44,141 nucleotides of DNA from a virus (IMGVR_UViG_3300025888_000003:1-44141); one strand, 5' to 3'. Counted from the stretch's first letter, positions 19,236-27,483 are shown. Made by a program: numbers and translations. The notes: generated from the letters alone by a model not told the origin.

Positions 19236-19820
19236 ATGTCCATATCGTCTGATTTAAATAAACAAGTTTATATTGGTAATGGTGTAACAACGGTTTTTCC
19301 ATTCGACTTTGATGTTGCTGCACAGGAAGATTTGCATATTTATTTAACGGATATTGTCGCGGGAACGTCAACTGAAATAGTAACAAACTTAACATTCATG
19401 CCAGCTAACGGATCGTTTCCAACGAGTGGCGGGGATATAAAATACCCTACCGTTGGAACGGCAATAACAAGTTCTTATTCGGTAACTATACTTAGGAAGT
19501 TAGCTATTACACAGCCTGCGGTATACCCGAATAATACCGCATTAAAGCCGAAGGTAGTTGAGAAGTCACTTGACCGTCTAACCATGATAGCACAGCAAAT
19601 ACAAGAATCAGCGGATAGGTCGTTTAAACTTGGCGTAGCATCTAGTAACGTGTCGGGCGACCTTCCTGCACCAATAGCAGATGATTTACTTGGCTGGAAT
19701 GCTGATGGTACAGCATTAGTTAACATAACAAATAAAGTTGCACGAGGAATTGACGGCGGTAATGCAAGAAGCGTTTATACTGACGACCAAATATATGACG
19801 GTGGTGGCGCAAATGGCTAA
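19236..19820 (+). CDS. Short tail-fibre adaptor with T7 gp17-type N-terminal domain
   Basis: YIGNGVTTVFPFDF...EKSLDRLTMIAQQ...LLGWNADGTALVN; ends IDGGNA...YDGGGANG. Confidence 0.85.
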   Translation: MSISSDLNKQVYIGNGVTTVFPFDFDVAAQEDLHIYLTDIVAGTSTEIVTNLTFMPANGSFPTSGGDIKYPTVGTAITSSYSVTILRKLAITQPAVYPNNTALKPKVVEKSLDRLTMIAQQIQESADRSFKLGVASSNVSGDLPAPIADDLLGWNADGTALVNITNKVARGIDGGNARSVYTDDQIYDGGGANG

Positions 19821-21465
19821 AAAAATTCTGTTACGTAGGGATGTATTAAGCGAATGGGAACTGGTTAATCCAATACTAGCTGATGGCGAAATTGGTCTAG
19901 TTACAGATGTAGAACCAAACAAGCAAAAAAATGGTAATGGAGTAAGCCGATGGCTTGATTTGCCTTATGCCAATATTGCTGCAACGATCAATATAAGGAA
20001 TGTCACTACGTTAGCTCCCGGCAGTGCGGCAACGGTAAGTAATGTTGGTACCGAAAACGCAGCAATATTTGATTTTGGAATACCAGAGGGTCCTGCCGGG
20101 AGTGGCATAGATGCTACAACTACAACAAAAGGGGCTATCCAGCTGGCAGGAGACTTAACCGGAACAGCGGCACTACCTCGATTAGCTGCTACTGGCGTAA
20201 CCGCTGGAGCATACACCAATATTAACGCTACTGTTGATAGTAAGGGAAGAATTACGAATGCCAGCAACGGAACAGGTGGCGGGGGTAATGGTGCATCAAT
20301 ATTGGCTTCAACTTATGGCGTTGTCATGGATGGTACAACAGATAATGCAACTATGATTGCTTCCGCTGTTGCGGCCGCTACTGCACTTGGCGGGGCTTAT
20401 ATAGATTTCGGCCCCGGTGTTTGTGCAACGTCAAATACGATGACACAAAATAGTTCTAATATTATTTTCCGTGGCCAAGGTCGTGGTGGAAGATATGACG
20501 ATACACCGCTACAAGTAGCTGCAACTACATTCAAATGGATAGGTGCTGCTGGTGGCACACTTATTAGCATATCTCCAGCAACGGGAGGAACAAGAGGATT
20601 ACAGGGTAATGGTGTAGTTGGAATAATGCTAGACTGGAATAATTTAGCGGCCGTTGGAATATCCATTGTGTCTGCCAGTAGCGGATATTATGAATTTTCA
20701 GCTAATAATTTTACATCTTATGCCATGACTTGTGATGTTATGGGTACTGTTGGTGCGGGATCAACAAATTGTATGTTCAATAAAATTGATATTAAATGGA
20801 GAAATTACGGTCAGGGATCATGTTTGAAGATGGATGGTAATACATTAAACAATTGCTGCTTCAATTATGTAAATGTTGAAGGAGAATATCAATTTGGTGA
20901 TGCTATTTTACTGGGTAACACTGACAACAATACATTTGATGATGTTTATTTATACCGGAATGGGTCCACTGGCAGCGCAATAACGTTAAAAGCGAGCGCA
21001 ACAGCTAATTGCGCCGCTAGAGCAAATACATTTAGACATTTTTCGGCTAATGCGCCCATTGTTGCGCAGGGTACTGAAACGGCGGCATATCCTTCAATAC
21101 AGAACAGGTTTGATATCCTCGATTCCGCAAACAGTACGCCTTCACCAACTATAGGTACAAACGCAATTTGCTATTTTGCACAATCATATGCGCCGCAAGG
21201 ATTCAGGGTTCACGATTTAGGAACTGTGACGGTTACCATGGACGGTGGCGGGCTTACAACTATATCTGGTCAGACAGGGACAATATCGGCTAACGGAAAT
21301 GTGATTGTTAATTTCCCCTATACGTTTCCTACGCGGGTAGTTACTTTTCACGCTACACCAATAAACTCGCCAGTTGGCGTTAATATGGTATGTTACACTA
21401 ATGGATGCCAAATATACGTTGGCAATGCTAGTACAGCAGTTGCTTGGTCCGCTACGGGATATTAA
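19813..21465 (+). CDS. Receptor-binding protein/tailspike 1: Mtd-N-like domain, fibre repeats, pectate-lyase-like beta-helix
   Basis: ATG 19813 after GGTGG; LRRD..EW..VNPILADGEIG; ATTTTKGAIQL; TVDSKGRIT; YGVVMDGTTDN followed by Asn/Gly-rich beta-helix. Confidence 0.82.
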   Translation: MAKKILLRRDVLSEWELVNPILADGEIGLVTDVEPNKQKNGNGVSRWLDLPYANIAATINIRNVTTLAPGSAATVSNVGTENAAIFDFGIPEGPAGSGIDATTTTKGAIQLAGDLTGTAALPRLAATGVTAGAYTNINATVDSKGRITNASNGTGGGGNGASILASTYGVVMDGTTDNATMIASAVAAATALGGAYIDFGPGVCATSNTMTQNSSNIIFRGQGRGGRYDDTPLQVAATTFKWIGAAGGTLISISPATGGTRGLQGNGVVGIMLDWNNLAAVGISIVSASSGYYEFSANNFTSYAMTCDVMGTVGAGSTNCMFNKIDIKWRNYGQGSCLKMDGNTLNNCCFNYVNVEGEYQFGDAILLGNTDNNTFDDVYLYRNGSTGSAITLKASATANCAARANTFRHFSANAPIVAQGTETAAYPSIQNRFDILDSANSTPSPTIGTNAICYFAQSYAPQGFRVHDLGTVTVTMDGGGLTTISGQTGTISANGNVIVNFPYTFPTRVVTFHATPINSPVGVNMVCYTNGCQIYVGNASTAVAWSATGY

Positions 21466-21484
21466 TATTATAAGGAGGTAACAT

Positions 21485-22564
21485 ATGGCTGATTTAATTC
21501 AGATTAGGCGCGATACAGAAGCAAACTGGCAGTTAATTAATCCAATACTAGCTGATGGCGAACGGGCGTTAAGCAAGGATTTGGTCCCTAAGAAGATTAA
21601 AACTGGTGACGGTGTTCATAATTGGGTTGATATAGAATACGATTCAGGACTAAAAGGCGACAAGGGGAATAAAGGTGACACAGGCCCCGCTGGTGTAAAA
21701 GGTGATAAAGGCGATACTGGTGATGCAGGATCAACGGGCCCCGCTGGTAATGGCGATATGTCAACATCAGTATTCGCTACAGGTAATACAGCAAATACTC
21801 ATACTGTTGACCATGCGTTAACGGCTGATACAATAGCCGCGGGTTCCGCAACCGATACCGCAATAGGTGATCGAACTGCCGATCCCGTAACAGCAACAAC
21901 ATATTCATTGACGGGTAGTATAACGCAGTGGCTGTCATGGATATTAAAACGTATTGCAGAAATTGCAGGGGTAGCGTGGGGAACGGCCTGCCCGGCATCG
22001 CTGCTATCGTTATTTAATCAAAAATGGACAGACGTACGAGTAACCCTATATAATCCTGCTGCTGGATATGTTTCTCCACTGTACATATTGCTACGTAATT
22101 GTACAGGGTATAATATTTATTTTCATCCGCAAGGGCCTAGTGTGTCTGCGGCTACTACGATTAATATTTTTCAGGGTTCTGGAACATTAACACTGGCAGC
22201 AGCGATTACCAGCACAACGGCGACTACCATGACAACTAATATATCGTTTGTATTTACTGGATCTCCATTAGCATTAATTGATGCAAACGGAGTACCAGAA
22301 GTTGTGCAAATGACAGCGGGGTCAGGAACAACCACAATAACTATTGTTCGCGGTCAAGGCGGTACTACGGCAAGTACACATTTAACTGGTGGGTTAGTTT
22401 TAAGAACACTAGCTGCAACTACCAGCATATCAGCATTATCGCCAACAACACTGTCTGCATCGGGAATAACCGGAACAGCTAACGATATATTCGCATATAA
22501 TGTAGTGGGGGCAGGGCTATCTAGCTGTAATTTAGTTATTACGCCAGAGTGGGTGAATAGATAA
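21485..22564 (+). CDS. Receptor-binding/fibre protein 2: Mtd-N-like domain plus collagen-like segment
   Basis: IQIRRDTEANW..INPILADGE..KIKTGDGVHNW; about 12 G-X-Y triplets; TITIVRGQGGTTASTH motif. Confidence 0.8.
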   Translation: MADLIQIRRDTEANWQLINPILADGERALSKDLVPKKIKTGDGVHNWVDIEYDSGLKGDKGNKGDTGPAGVKGDKGDTGDAGSTGPAGNGDMSTSVFATGNTANTHTVDHALTADTIAAGSATDTAIGDRTADPVTATTYSLTGSITQWLSWILKRIAEIAGVAWGTACPASLLSLFNQKWTDVRVTLYNPAAGYVSPLYILLRNCTGYNIYFHPQGPSVSAATTINIFQGSGTLTLAAAITSTTATTMTTNISFVFTGSPLALIDANGVPEVVQMTAGSGTTTITIVRGQGGTTASTHLTGGLVLRTLAATTSISALSPTTLSASGITGTANDIFAYNVVGAGLSSCNLVITPEWVNR

Positions 22565-22565
22565 T

Positions 22566-23201
22566 ATGGCAGTCGATGATCAATATACAGTAAGTTTACT
22601 TCATTTTGATGGAAATTTTACTGACGAATCTGGAAAAATATGGACCAATGGCGGTTCAGGTAGTAATACAACCGTAATAACTCCTGTTAAATTTGGTACA
22701 GGAGCTTTGTCAACTCTACAAACCAGTAATTTACAATGTACTTCTTCTGATTTTGGATTTGGAACAGGAGATTTTTGTAAAGAATTTTGGATAAACATCC
22801 CAAACTTTTCTAGCGTAAATCGGATATTAAATAATGGGGCAAGTAATTTTGTAGTACAGTTTACAACGGCAACAAATTTTCTTTTTTATGATGGAACGTC
22901 TCATAATATAACGGTATCATTTCCTATTAGTAATTATTTTCATGTCGAATTTGATAGGTCAAATGGGACTCTGTACATTTTCTTAAATGGTCAACTGATA
23001 TATACGCAGGCTTATATTGTAGATTTTGGATATTCTCAACAACTTAATTTCAACATGAAAAATTCCAATGATGGTAGCCAGGCATATTGGGACGAATTTC
23101 GTATTTCAAAAATAGCTCGCCACACATCTTCGTTTACGCCATCAACGCATGCATATGGAACTAGCGCGCAACAAGCTCAATGCTCACCGGGAGGGATGTA
23201 A
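22566..23201 (+). CDS. LamG/concanavalin A-like lectin-fold tail protein
   Basis: SLLHFDG, KFGTGAL, DFGFGTGDF..EFW, HV..R.NG.LYIFLNG, DEFRISK.AR motifs. Confidence 0.8.
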   Translation: MAVDDQYTVSLLHFDGNFTDESGKIWTNGGSGSNTTVITPVKFGTGALSTLQTSNLQCTSSDFGFGTGDFCKEFWINIPNFSSVNRILNNGASNFVVQFTTATNFLFYDGTSHNITVSFPISNYFHVEFDRSNGTLYIFLNGQLIYTQAYIVDFGYSQQLNFNMKNSNDGSQAYWDEFRISKIARHTSSFTPSTHAYGTSAQQAQCSPGGM

Positions 23202-23202
23202 A

Positions 23203-23610
23203 ATGTATTCATATTTGTTTAGCGGAGATAATTTGACACATACTTATATTGGAGGCGACATTCCTGCTGGATATCAAATATTCAACGGTGGCAATGAAGT
23301 AGATTGGACCATTTGGGATTACAACGGAACGGATATTATCGCTAAACCCGTTGTAGTCGCTGCCGATAATACTAAAGTTGTCCAAACGTCAGAACGGTTA
23401 AAAACATCATTAGATAATTTGTATAATTTAAAGGAAGATAACTTAATTTTTAACTATGGTAAATCGTCGCTCGCTGGAGATACTGGTAACGCCACTATTT
23501 ACGATAATAAAATTAAAAATTTAAATTCTATTTATGGCAACTATTCTGCCGAAATATTAGCTGGCAATGATCCGTTAACGCTATACGGTAACGATGCATT
23601 TACGTTATAA
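23203..23610 (+). CDS. Hypothetical tail-associated protein/chaperone
   Basis: ATG after GGAGGG; last gene of the tail block. Confidence 0.55.
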   Translation: MYSYLFSGDNLTHTYIGGDIPAGYQIFNGGNEVDWTIWDYNGTDIIAKPVVVAADNTKVVQTSERLKTSLDNLYNLKEDNLIFNYGKSSLAGDTGNATIYDNKIKNLNSIYGNYSAEILAGNDPLTLYGNDAFTL

Positions 23611-23623
23611 TAGGAGGTAAGAT

Positions 23624-24022
23624 ATGGCCTATAATCAAATATTAACAGCTTTAGGAGATTTTGCCGGCGTACCGATGGCAATTATAATGTCAATGTCGTT
23701 TTTGAGTCTGATTATTTATTTAACGCTAAAATTACCAACAATTCTCACAACACAAAATGTTTTAATTCAAAACAATACCGAAGCTACAAGGAGTATGAGC
23801 AAATCAGTTAATTTGTTAGGCGTAGTTTTACAGGAAATAACTAAAAATTCAGCGGTTCATGACGAGAGGACACAGCGAATGCAATGTGATGTTGATGCAC
23901 TGAAAAAGGATGTTTCAGATATTAGGCATGAAGGAGCTACAAAAGCAGAACTAGCGGCGATTCATGGCAGGTTAGATGTTGCTGTTCAGGGAATAAATGT
24001 AATACAGTGTAAGGTATCATGA
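23624..24022 (+). CDS. Holin-like protein (N-terminal TM plus coiled coil, BhlA-like architecture)
   Basis: One hydrophobic helix then heptad pattern; first gene of the lysis block. Confidence 0.55.
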   Translation: MAYNQILTALGDFAGVPMAIIMSMSFLSLIIYLTLKLPTILTTQNVLIQNNTEATRSMSKSVNLLGVVLQEITKNSAVHDERTQRMQCDVDALKKDVSDIRHEGATKAELAAIHGRLDVAVQGINVIQCKVS

Positions 24023-24273
24023 ACTGGCTACAGCACCATATTGGAATCGTGTGCATGACGTTTGGCTTATTTGCGGCGATATTTGTGTTTGTGTCATGGG
24101 GGGTGGGGTATTATTGCAACGCTATTTATGGAATGCATTTTGAGTTGTCAAGTTGCTGGATGGGGGTATCAGCAATCGGTATAGGACTAGTTGGGTTATT
24201 TAAGTGGCTAGTTGATAGCAGTCCGTGGAACTCGAACGAAGGTAAACCACCAATAGGAGGTAATTTAAAATGA
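24019..24273 (+). CDS. Putative holin (2 TM)
   Basis: 84 aa, two hydrophobic helices, directly upstream of the endolysin with ATGA overlaps. Confidence 0.65.
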   Translation: MNWLQHHIGIVCMTFGLFAAIFVFVSWGVGYYCNAIYGMHFELSSCWMGVSAIGIGLVGLFKWLVDSSPWNSNEGKPPIGGNLK

Positions 24274-24833
24274 AAGGTATTGATATATCAGCATGGCAAG
24301 AAAATGTTGACTGGCAAGCTGTTATAAGTTCGGGAATTGAATTTGTAATTGTAAAAATTGGTGAAAATTATCAACTCGATGGAATGTTTATTGACCATAT
24401 TAACAACGCTGTCAATCATGGCTTGAAAGTGGGCGTATATTATTACTCTAAGGTCACTAACGAAACACAGGCACAATCCGAAGCCGATTGGATAGATACG
24501 CAGATCAAGCAATATCTGAATGGTAAATGCCCTGAAATGGGTATCTGGTATGACATGGAAGATAACAGCATTGCCGATTCTGGCGCAGATATTACAGGGC
24601 TGTGCCGAACATTCACAGGCCAAATAAAATTAGCAGGTTACGGCTATGTAGGCGTTTATAGCTCATATAACTGGTTAACTAACGGCAATATTGATACAGC
24701 TAATTTAGATGTACCTTACTGGTGCGCACAATATAATTTTGAGTGTAACTTCCCGAATCCTAATATATGGCAAAATACTGATTCGCTAGTTATCGGAGGT
24801 CAATCGTTTGATGGGGACATTGCCTATGAATAA
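24270..24833 (+). CDS. Endolysin, GH25 muramidase (catalytic domain only)
   Basis: KGIDISAWQ, VGVYYYS, WYDME, YWCAQY, IWQ, FDGD motifs. Confidence 0.93.
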   Translation: MKGIDISAWQENVDWQAVISSGIEFVIVKIGENYQLDGMFIDHINNAVNHGLKVGVYYYSKVTNETQAQSEADWIDTQIKQYLNGKCPEMGIWYDMEDNSIADSGADITGLCRTFTGQIKLAGYGYVGVYSSYNWLTNGNIDTANLDVPYWCAQYNFECNFPNPNIWQNTDSLVIGGQSFDGDIAYE

Positions 24834-25002
24834 CGAATGCCCATACACAAAAATAGGCAATGGATTATGTCGCAGCTGCTTGTGTGGTGAAAATTATCAA
24901 GGTTGTGCCCGGTACAAATACAGCAATGTTAAAGGCCCGCAAAATACACCTGACTTTGTTGGCGTGCTGGATCATGGAAGATTATTGGAGATAGTTAATT
25001 AA
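24826..25002 (+). CDS. Small Cys-rich protein in lysis cassette
   Basis: ATG after GGGG; CP..C..C.C..Y.GCARY. Confidence 0.6.
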   Translation: MNNECPYTKIGNGLCRSCLCGENYQGCARYKYSNVKGPQNTPDFVGVLDHGRLLEIVN

Positions 25003-25021
25003 AAATATGGAGGAATATAGA

Positions 25022-25384
25022 ATGGCAGACGAAACACCGACAATTCCGGTTGATACAACCACAGTAATCGCCCCTGCAGTGACAGATACCCCGGCAGTGG
25101 TACAAACAGACACGCAGAAGGCAATTGTAGCCGTAGAAGCAGCACTGGCGGCGTTAAAATCAGCAGGTGGGGATTATGTAACAGCCGAAATATCCCGATT
25201 AACAACAGTATTGTCAAATTTAAAAATTAAGGCAGCAGCAGAAGTAACCGTGCTGGAAACAGAAGTTAAAACTATCGAAGTAGCTGAAAAAACATTCATC
25301 GAAAAATACGGCAACGCAATATTAAACGGGGCCGAAATCGTGTTACTGGTTGCACTGGTAGCAAAAATATTTAATATAATTTAG
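25022..25384 (+). CDS. Hypothetical protein with C-terminal TM helix
   Basis: ATG after GGAGG; acidic N-terminus, coiled coil, IVLLVALVAKIFNII tail. Confidence 0.7.
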   Translation: MADETPTIPVDTTTVIAPAVTDTPAVVQTDTQKAIVAVEAALAALKSAGGDYVTAEISRLTTVLSNLKIKAAAEVTVLETEVKTIEVAEKTFIEKYGNAILNGAEIVLLVALVAKIFNII

Positions 25385-25396
25385 GGGGCGGTTAAA

Positions 25397-25795
25397 ATTG
25401 ATAAACAAACCATCATTAAAACGGCTGTTACCGCTATTGTTATTTTGCTTATTGGTATGCTGGCAGGGTACTGGATTAGCAGCCGAAGAAGTGTATCAAC
25501 TGCCGATAAGTCAGCAGCAGCAGTTACTAGCGGACTTGCAGCAGCTACAACAGAACTCGATAGCACAAGACAACAATTATCAGCAAGTCAAGCAGTCGTT
25601 GAAGACCTCAAACGAACAAATAGCGACCTTAACCAGCAACTTAGCGACAGCGCAGCAACTATTGACAAACTCAAACAGTCAAATAACGAAATTGGAAGCG
25701 CAACTGACAGCGGCGCAGCAATCAACGATTCAAGCGCAGCGATCCTTGACCGAGATATCAAAATCTTGGAAAGCCTATCAAAAGTCAGTCAGTGA
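25397..25795 (+). CDS. Putative inner-membrane spanin-like protein (N-terminal TM plus coiled coil), nested in 25398-25943
   Basis: Frame open from 25385; IDKQTIIKTAVTAIVILLIGMLAGYWISSRR is a complete TM helix; only ATT 25397 fits the SD. Confidence 0.6.
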   Translation: MDKQTIIKTAVTAIVILLIGMLAGYWISSRRSVSTADKSAAAVTSGLAAATTELDSTRQQLSASQAVVEDLKRTNSDLNQQLSDSAATIDKLKQSNNEIGSATDSGAAINDSSAAILDRDIKILESLSKVSQ

Positions 25796-25943
25796 CAAAC
25801 ATTTTGGTCTAGGCATAGGCGGCGGAACAGTAAACTCGAAAGCTATCGCTATGGCATCGATTGAGTATGATAATCATAATATTGGGTATGAGATTATAGG
25901 CGGTCAATCAACTGTGATCGGGTTGGTAAAATATAGGTTTTAA
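25398..25943 (+). CDS. Putative outer-membrane spanin-like protein (signal peptide, coiled coil, C-terminal beta-strands)
   Basis: TTG after GGGGGCGG; basic-hydrophobic-GLA|AEE signal peptide; Q-rich heptads; ends VIGLVKYRF. Confidence 0.7.
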   Translation: MINKPSLKRLLPLLLFCLLVCWQGTGLAAEEVYQLPISQQQQLLADLQQLQQNSIAQDNNYQQVKQSLKTSNEQIATLTSNLATAQQLLTNSNSQITKLEAQLTAAQQSTIQAQRSLTEISKSWKAYQKSVSDKHFGLGIGGGTVNSKAIAMASIEYDNHNIGYEIIGGQSTVIGLVKYRF

Positions 25944-25948
25944 ATAAT

Positions 25949-25984
25949 AAAAAGCACTCATATTAAATTATGGGTGCTTTTTTT
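25949..25984 (+). terminator. Rho-independent terminator ending the late operon
   Basis: AAAAAGCACTCATA-ttaaat-TATGGGTGCTTTTTTT. Confidence 0.9.
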
Positions 25985-26022
25985 ATGTTTAAAAATAAAT
26001 TTAAAATATATTCTAAAATGCT

Positions 26023-26051
26023 TTGACATGTTTTAAAATGTATGATAATAT
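26023..26051 (+). promoter_or_regulatory. Sigma-A type early promoter
   Basis: TTGACA, 17 nt, TAATAT; AT-rich upstream element; follows the terminator. Confidence 0.75.
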
Positions 26052-26076
26052 ACTAATTAAAGGAGGTGCTTAACAG

Positions 26077-26247
26077 ATGGCAGATGAAATAATAACACTA
26101 AACGAAGCAGCAGAATTATTGAAATGTAGTCGGTCTAAAATTTACACATTGATGGCAAAAGGAGACATACCTTATTTTAGGGTAGGTGGTCAATACCGGT
26201 TTGACAAGCAGCTTGTTTTAATCAAACTAAAGGGGTGTCAAAAATAA
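26077..26247 (+). CDS. Excisionase-like HTH DNA-binding protein (HTH_17 type, 56 aa), below ORF-track cutoff
   Basis: MADEIITLNEAAELLKCSRSKIYTLMAKGDIPYFRVGGQYRF; SD AAGGAGGTG. Confidence 0.85.
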   Translation: MADEIITLNEAAELLKCSRSKIYTLMAKGDIPYFRVGGQYRFDKQLVLIKLKGCQK

Positions 26248-26318
26248 TGTACCCTGACACAATAATATCGTATGTATTGTGGGCAATAATTGTAATAATA
26301 ATAGTGAGGAGTGATTAA
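26247..26318 (+). CDS. 23-aa single-TM peptide
   Basis: TAATG coupling; [23 protein letters not shown]. Confidence 0.5.
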   Translation: MYPDTIISYVLWAIIVIIIVRSD

Positions 26319-26322
26319 CAAA

Positions 26323-26889
26323 ATGGAAAAGTTAACAGCAGAACAATTAAAATTAATTGTTGAGTCTCATGGCAAATGGTTACTTGATGAAGTTGGTGGC
26401 ATCCGTGCTAATCTAAGCTATGCTAATCTAAGCAGTGCTGATCTACGCCGTGCTGATCTAAGCGGTGCTGATCTAAGCTATGCTAATCTACGCCGTGCTG
26501 ATCTAAGCTATGCTAATCTAAGCTATGCTAATCTAAGCTATGCTAATCTAAGCAGTGCTGATCTACGCCGTGCTAATCTACGCTATGCTAATCTAAGCTA
26601 TGCTAATCTAAGCTATGCTAATCTAAGCTATGCTAATCTAAGCTATGCTAATCTAAGCCGTGCTGATCTACGCGGTGCTGATCTACGCCGTGCTGATCTA
26701 GATTATTCTTGTTTGCCATTATGGTGCGGTTCATTAAATATGACAGTAGACAAACGAATTGCGGTTCAAGTTTTGTATCATTTTTCCCGCTTGAAATGTG
26801 ATGACAAAGAAGTAATTGAAGCGCAAAAATCAATGTTTGATCTTGCAAATAAATTTCACCGTGTGGACGAATGCGGAAAATTGGAGTGA
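26323..26889 (+). CDS. Pentapeptide-repeat protein
   Basis: ATG after GAGGAG; H.KWL...G.RANL start, 20 A[N/D]Lxx units, LPLWCGSL C-terminal cap. Confidence 0.92.
   Translation: MEKLTAEQLKLIVESHGKWLLDEVGGIRANLSYANLSSADLRRADLSGADLSYANLRRADLSYANLSYANLSYANLSSADLRRANLRYANLSYANLSYANLSYANLSYANLSRADLRGADLRRADLDYSCLPLWCGSLNMTVDKRIAVQVLYHFSRLKCDDKEVIEAQKSMFDLANKFHRVDECGKLE
26407..26706 (+). repeat. Tandem array of 20 x 15 nt encoding the pentapeptides
   Basis: Unit GCT-(A/G)AT-CTA-(A/C)GC-(TAT/AGT/CGT/GGT); last unit degenerate. Confidence 0.95.
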
Positions 26890-26999
26890 GTAATTTGCAA
26901 CAATTTTTAATTAATCTTGACTTAGGCCAGTATGACTTTTTTATCGGCATTGTTGCTGGCCTGATTATTGGAATGGGGGTTAAATTACATGCTAGATGA
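26886..26999 (+). CDS. 37-aa single-TM peptide
   Basis: GTGA coupling; ...[20 protein letters not shown]. Confidence 0.5.
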   Translation: MSNLQQFLINLDLGQYDFFIGIVAGLIIGMGVKLHAR

Positions 27000-27120
27000 T
27001 TTTTATAACGTTAAATTTTCGCAACACATCAAAATTATTAAGCCTTGGCACATAAAATATAGAGGTTATATATTATGGCTGTCGGCAATAGTTATCGTTG
27101 TATGGTCACAGCAGCCATAA
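26989..27120 (+). CDS. 43-aa peptide with C-terminal TM
   Basis: GGGGG SD; ...YRGYILWLSAIVIVVWSQQP. Confidence 0.5.
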   Translation: MLDDFYNVKFSQHIKIIKPWHIKYRGYILWLSAIVIVVWSQQP

Positions 27121-27147
27121 ATTAATAATTTAAAGGAGAGGGTTAAA

Positions 27148-27483
27148 ATGGATATTTTGCGAGATACCACTCGCACAGCAAGGAAAATACACATTTGCGA
27201 TTATTGCGGTTTTGAGATAGCGAAAGGAACAGCATACAATTCGCAAACAAATGTTAACGAAGGTATAGTTTACACATGGAAAAGCCATTTTGATTGTAGA
27301 TCATTAGCAAGAAAGCTTAGAATGTTTGATACTTGTTGGGAAGGTGAAGGATTAGATAGCGATATGTTTAAAGAAATTATTACTGATTATTTAGACGGAG
27401 AAAATATTAAATATAACAATTGGCGTGAAGCTTATGAGCAAGCTAAGTTTTTATTACTTGGTGTTGGCGATAGCCATGTTTAG
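27148..27483 (+). CDS. Zn-finger-like phage protein
   Basis: ARKIHICDYCGFEIAKG..Y...HFDC motif; strong SD. Confidence 0.75.
   Translation: MDILRDTTRTARKIHICDYCGFEIAKGTAYNSQTNVNEGIVYTWKSHFDCRSLARKLRMFDTCWEGEGLDSDMFKEIITDYLDGENIKYNNWREAYEQAKFLLLGVGDSHV

Noticed and set aside
19738-19820. Programmed frameshift fusing the adaptor to fibre 1
   Set aside because: ATG 19813 has its own SD and a normal 8-nt overlap; no slippery site seen
19813-23610. Diversity-generating retroelement, suggested by the BPP-1-like architecture and Mtd-N domains
   Set aside because: No reverse transcriptase or Avd-like ORF, and I saw no ~100-nt TR/VR pair differing at adenines
25382-25384. Genome-wide TAG recoding
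   Set aside because: terL, MCP, cement and ssb end properly at TAG and long genes are intact in the standard code
26407-26706. CRISPR array
   Set aside because: 15-nt in-frame coding units with no unique spacers and no cas genes
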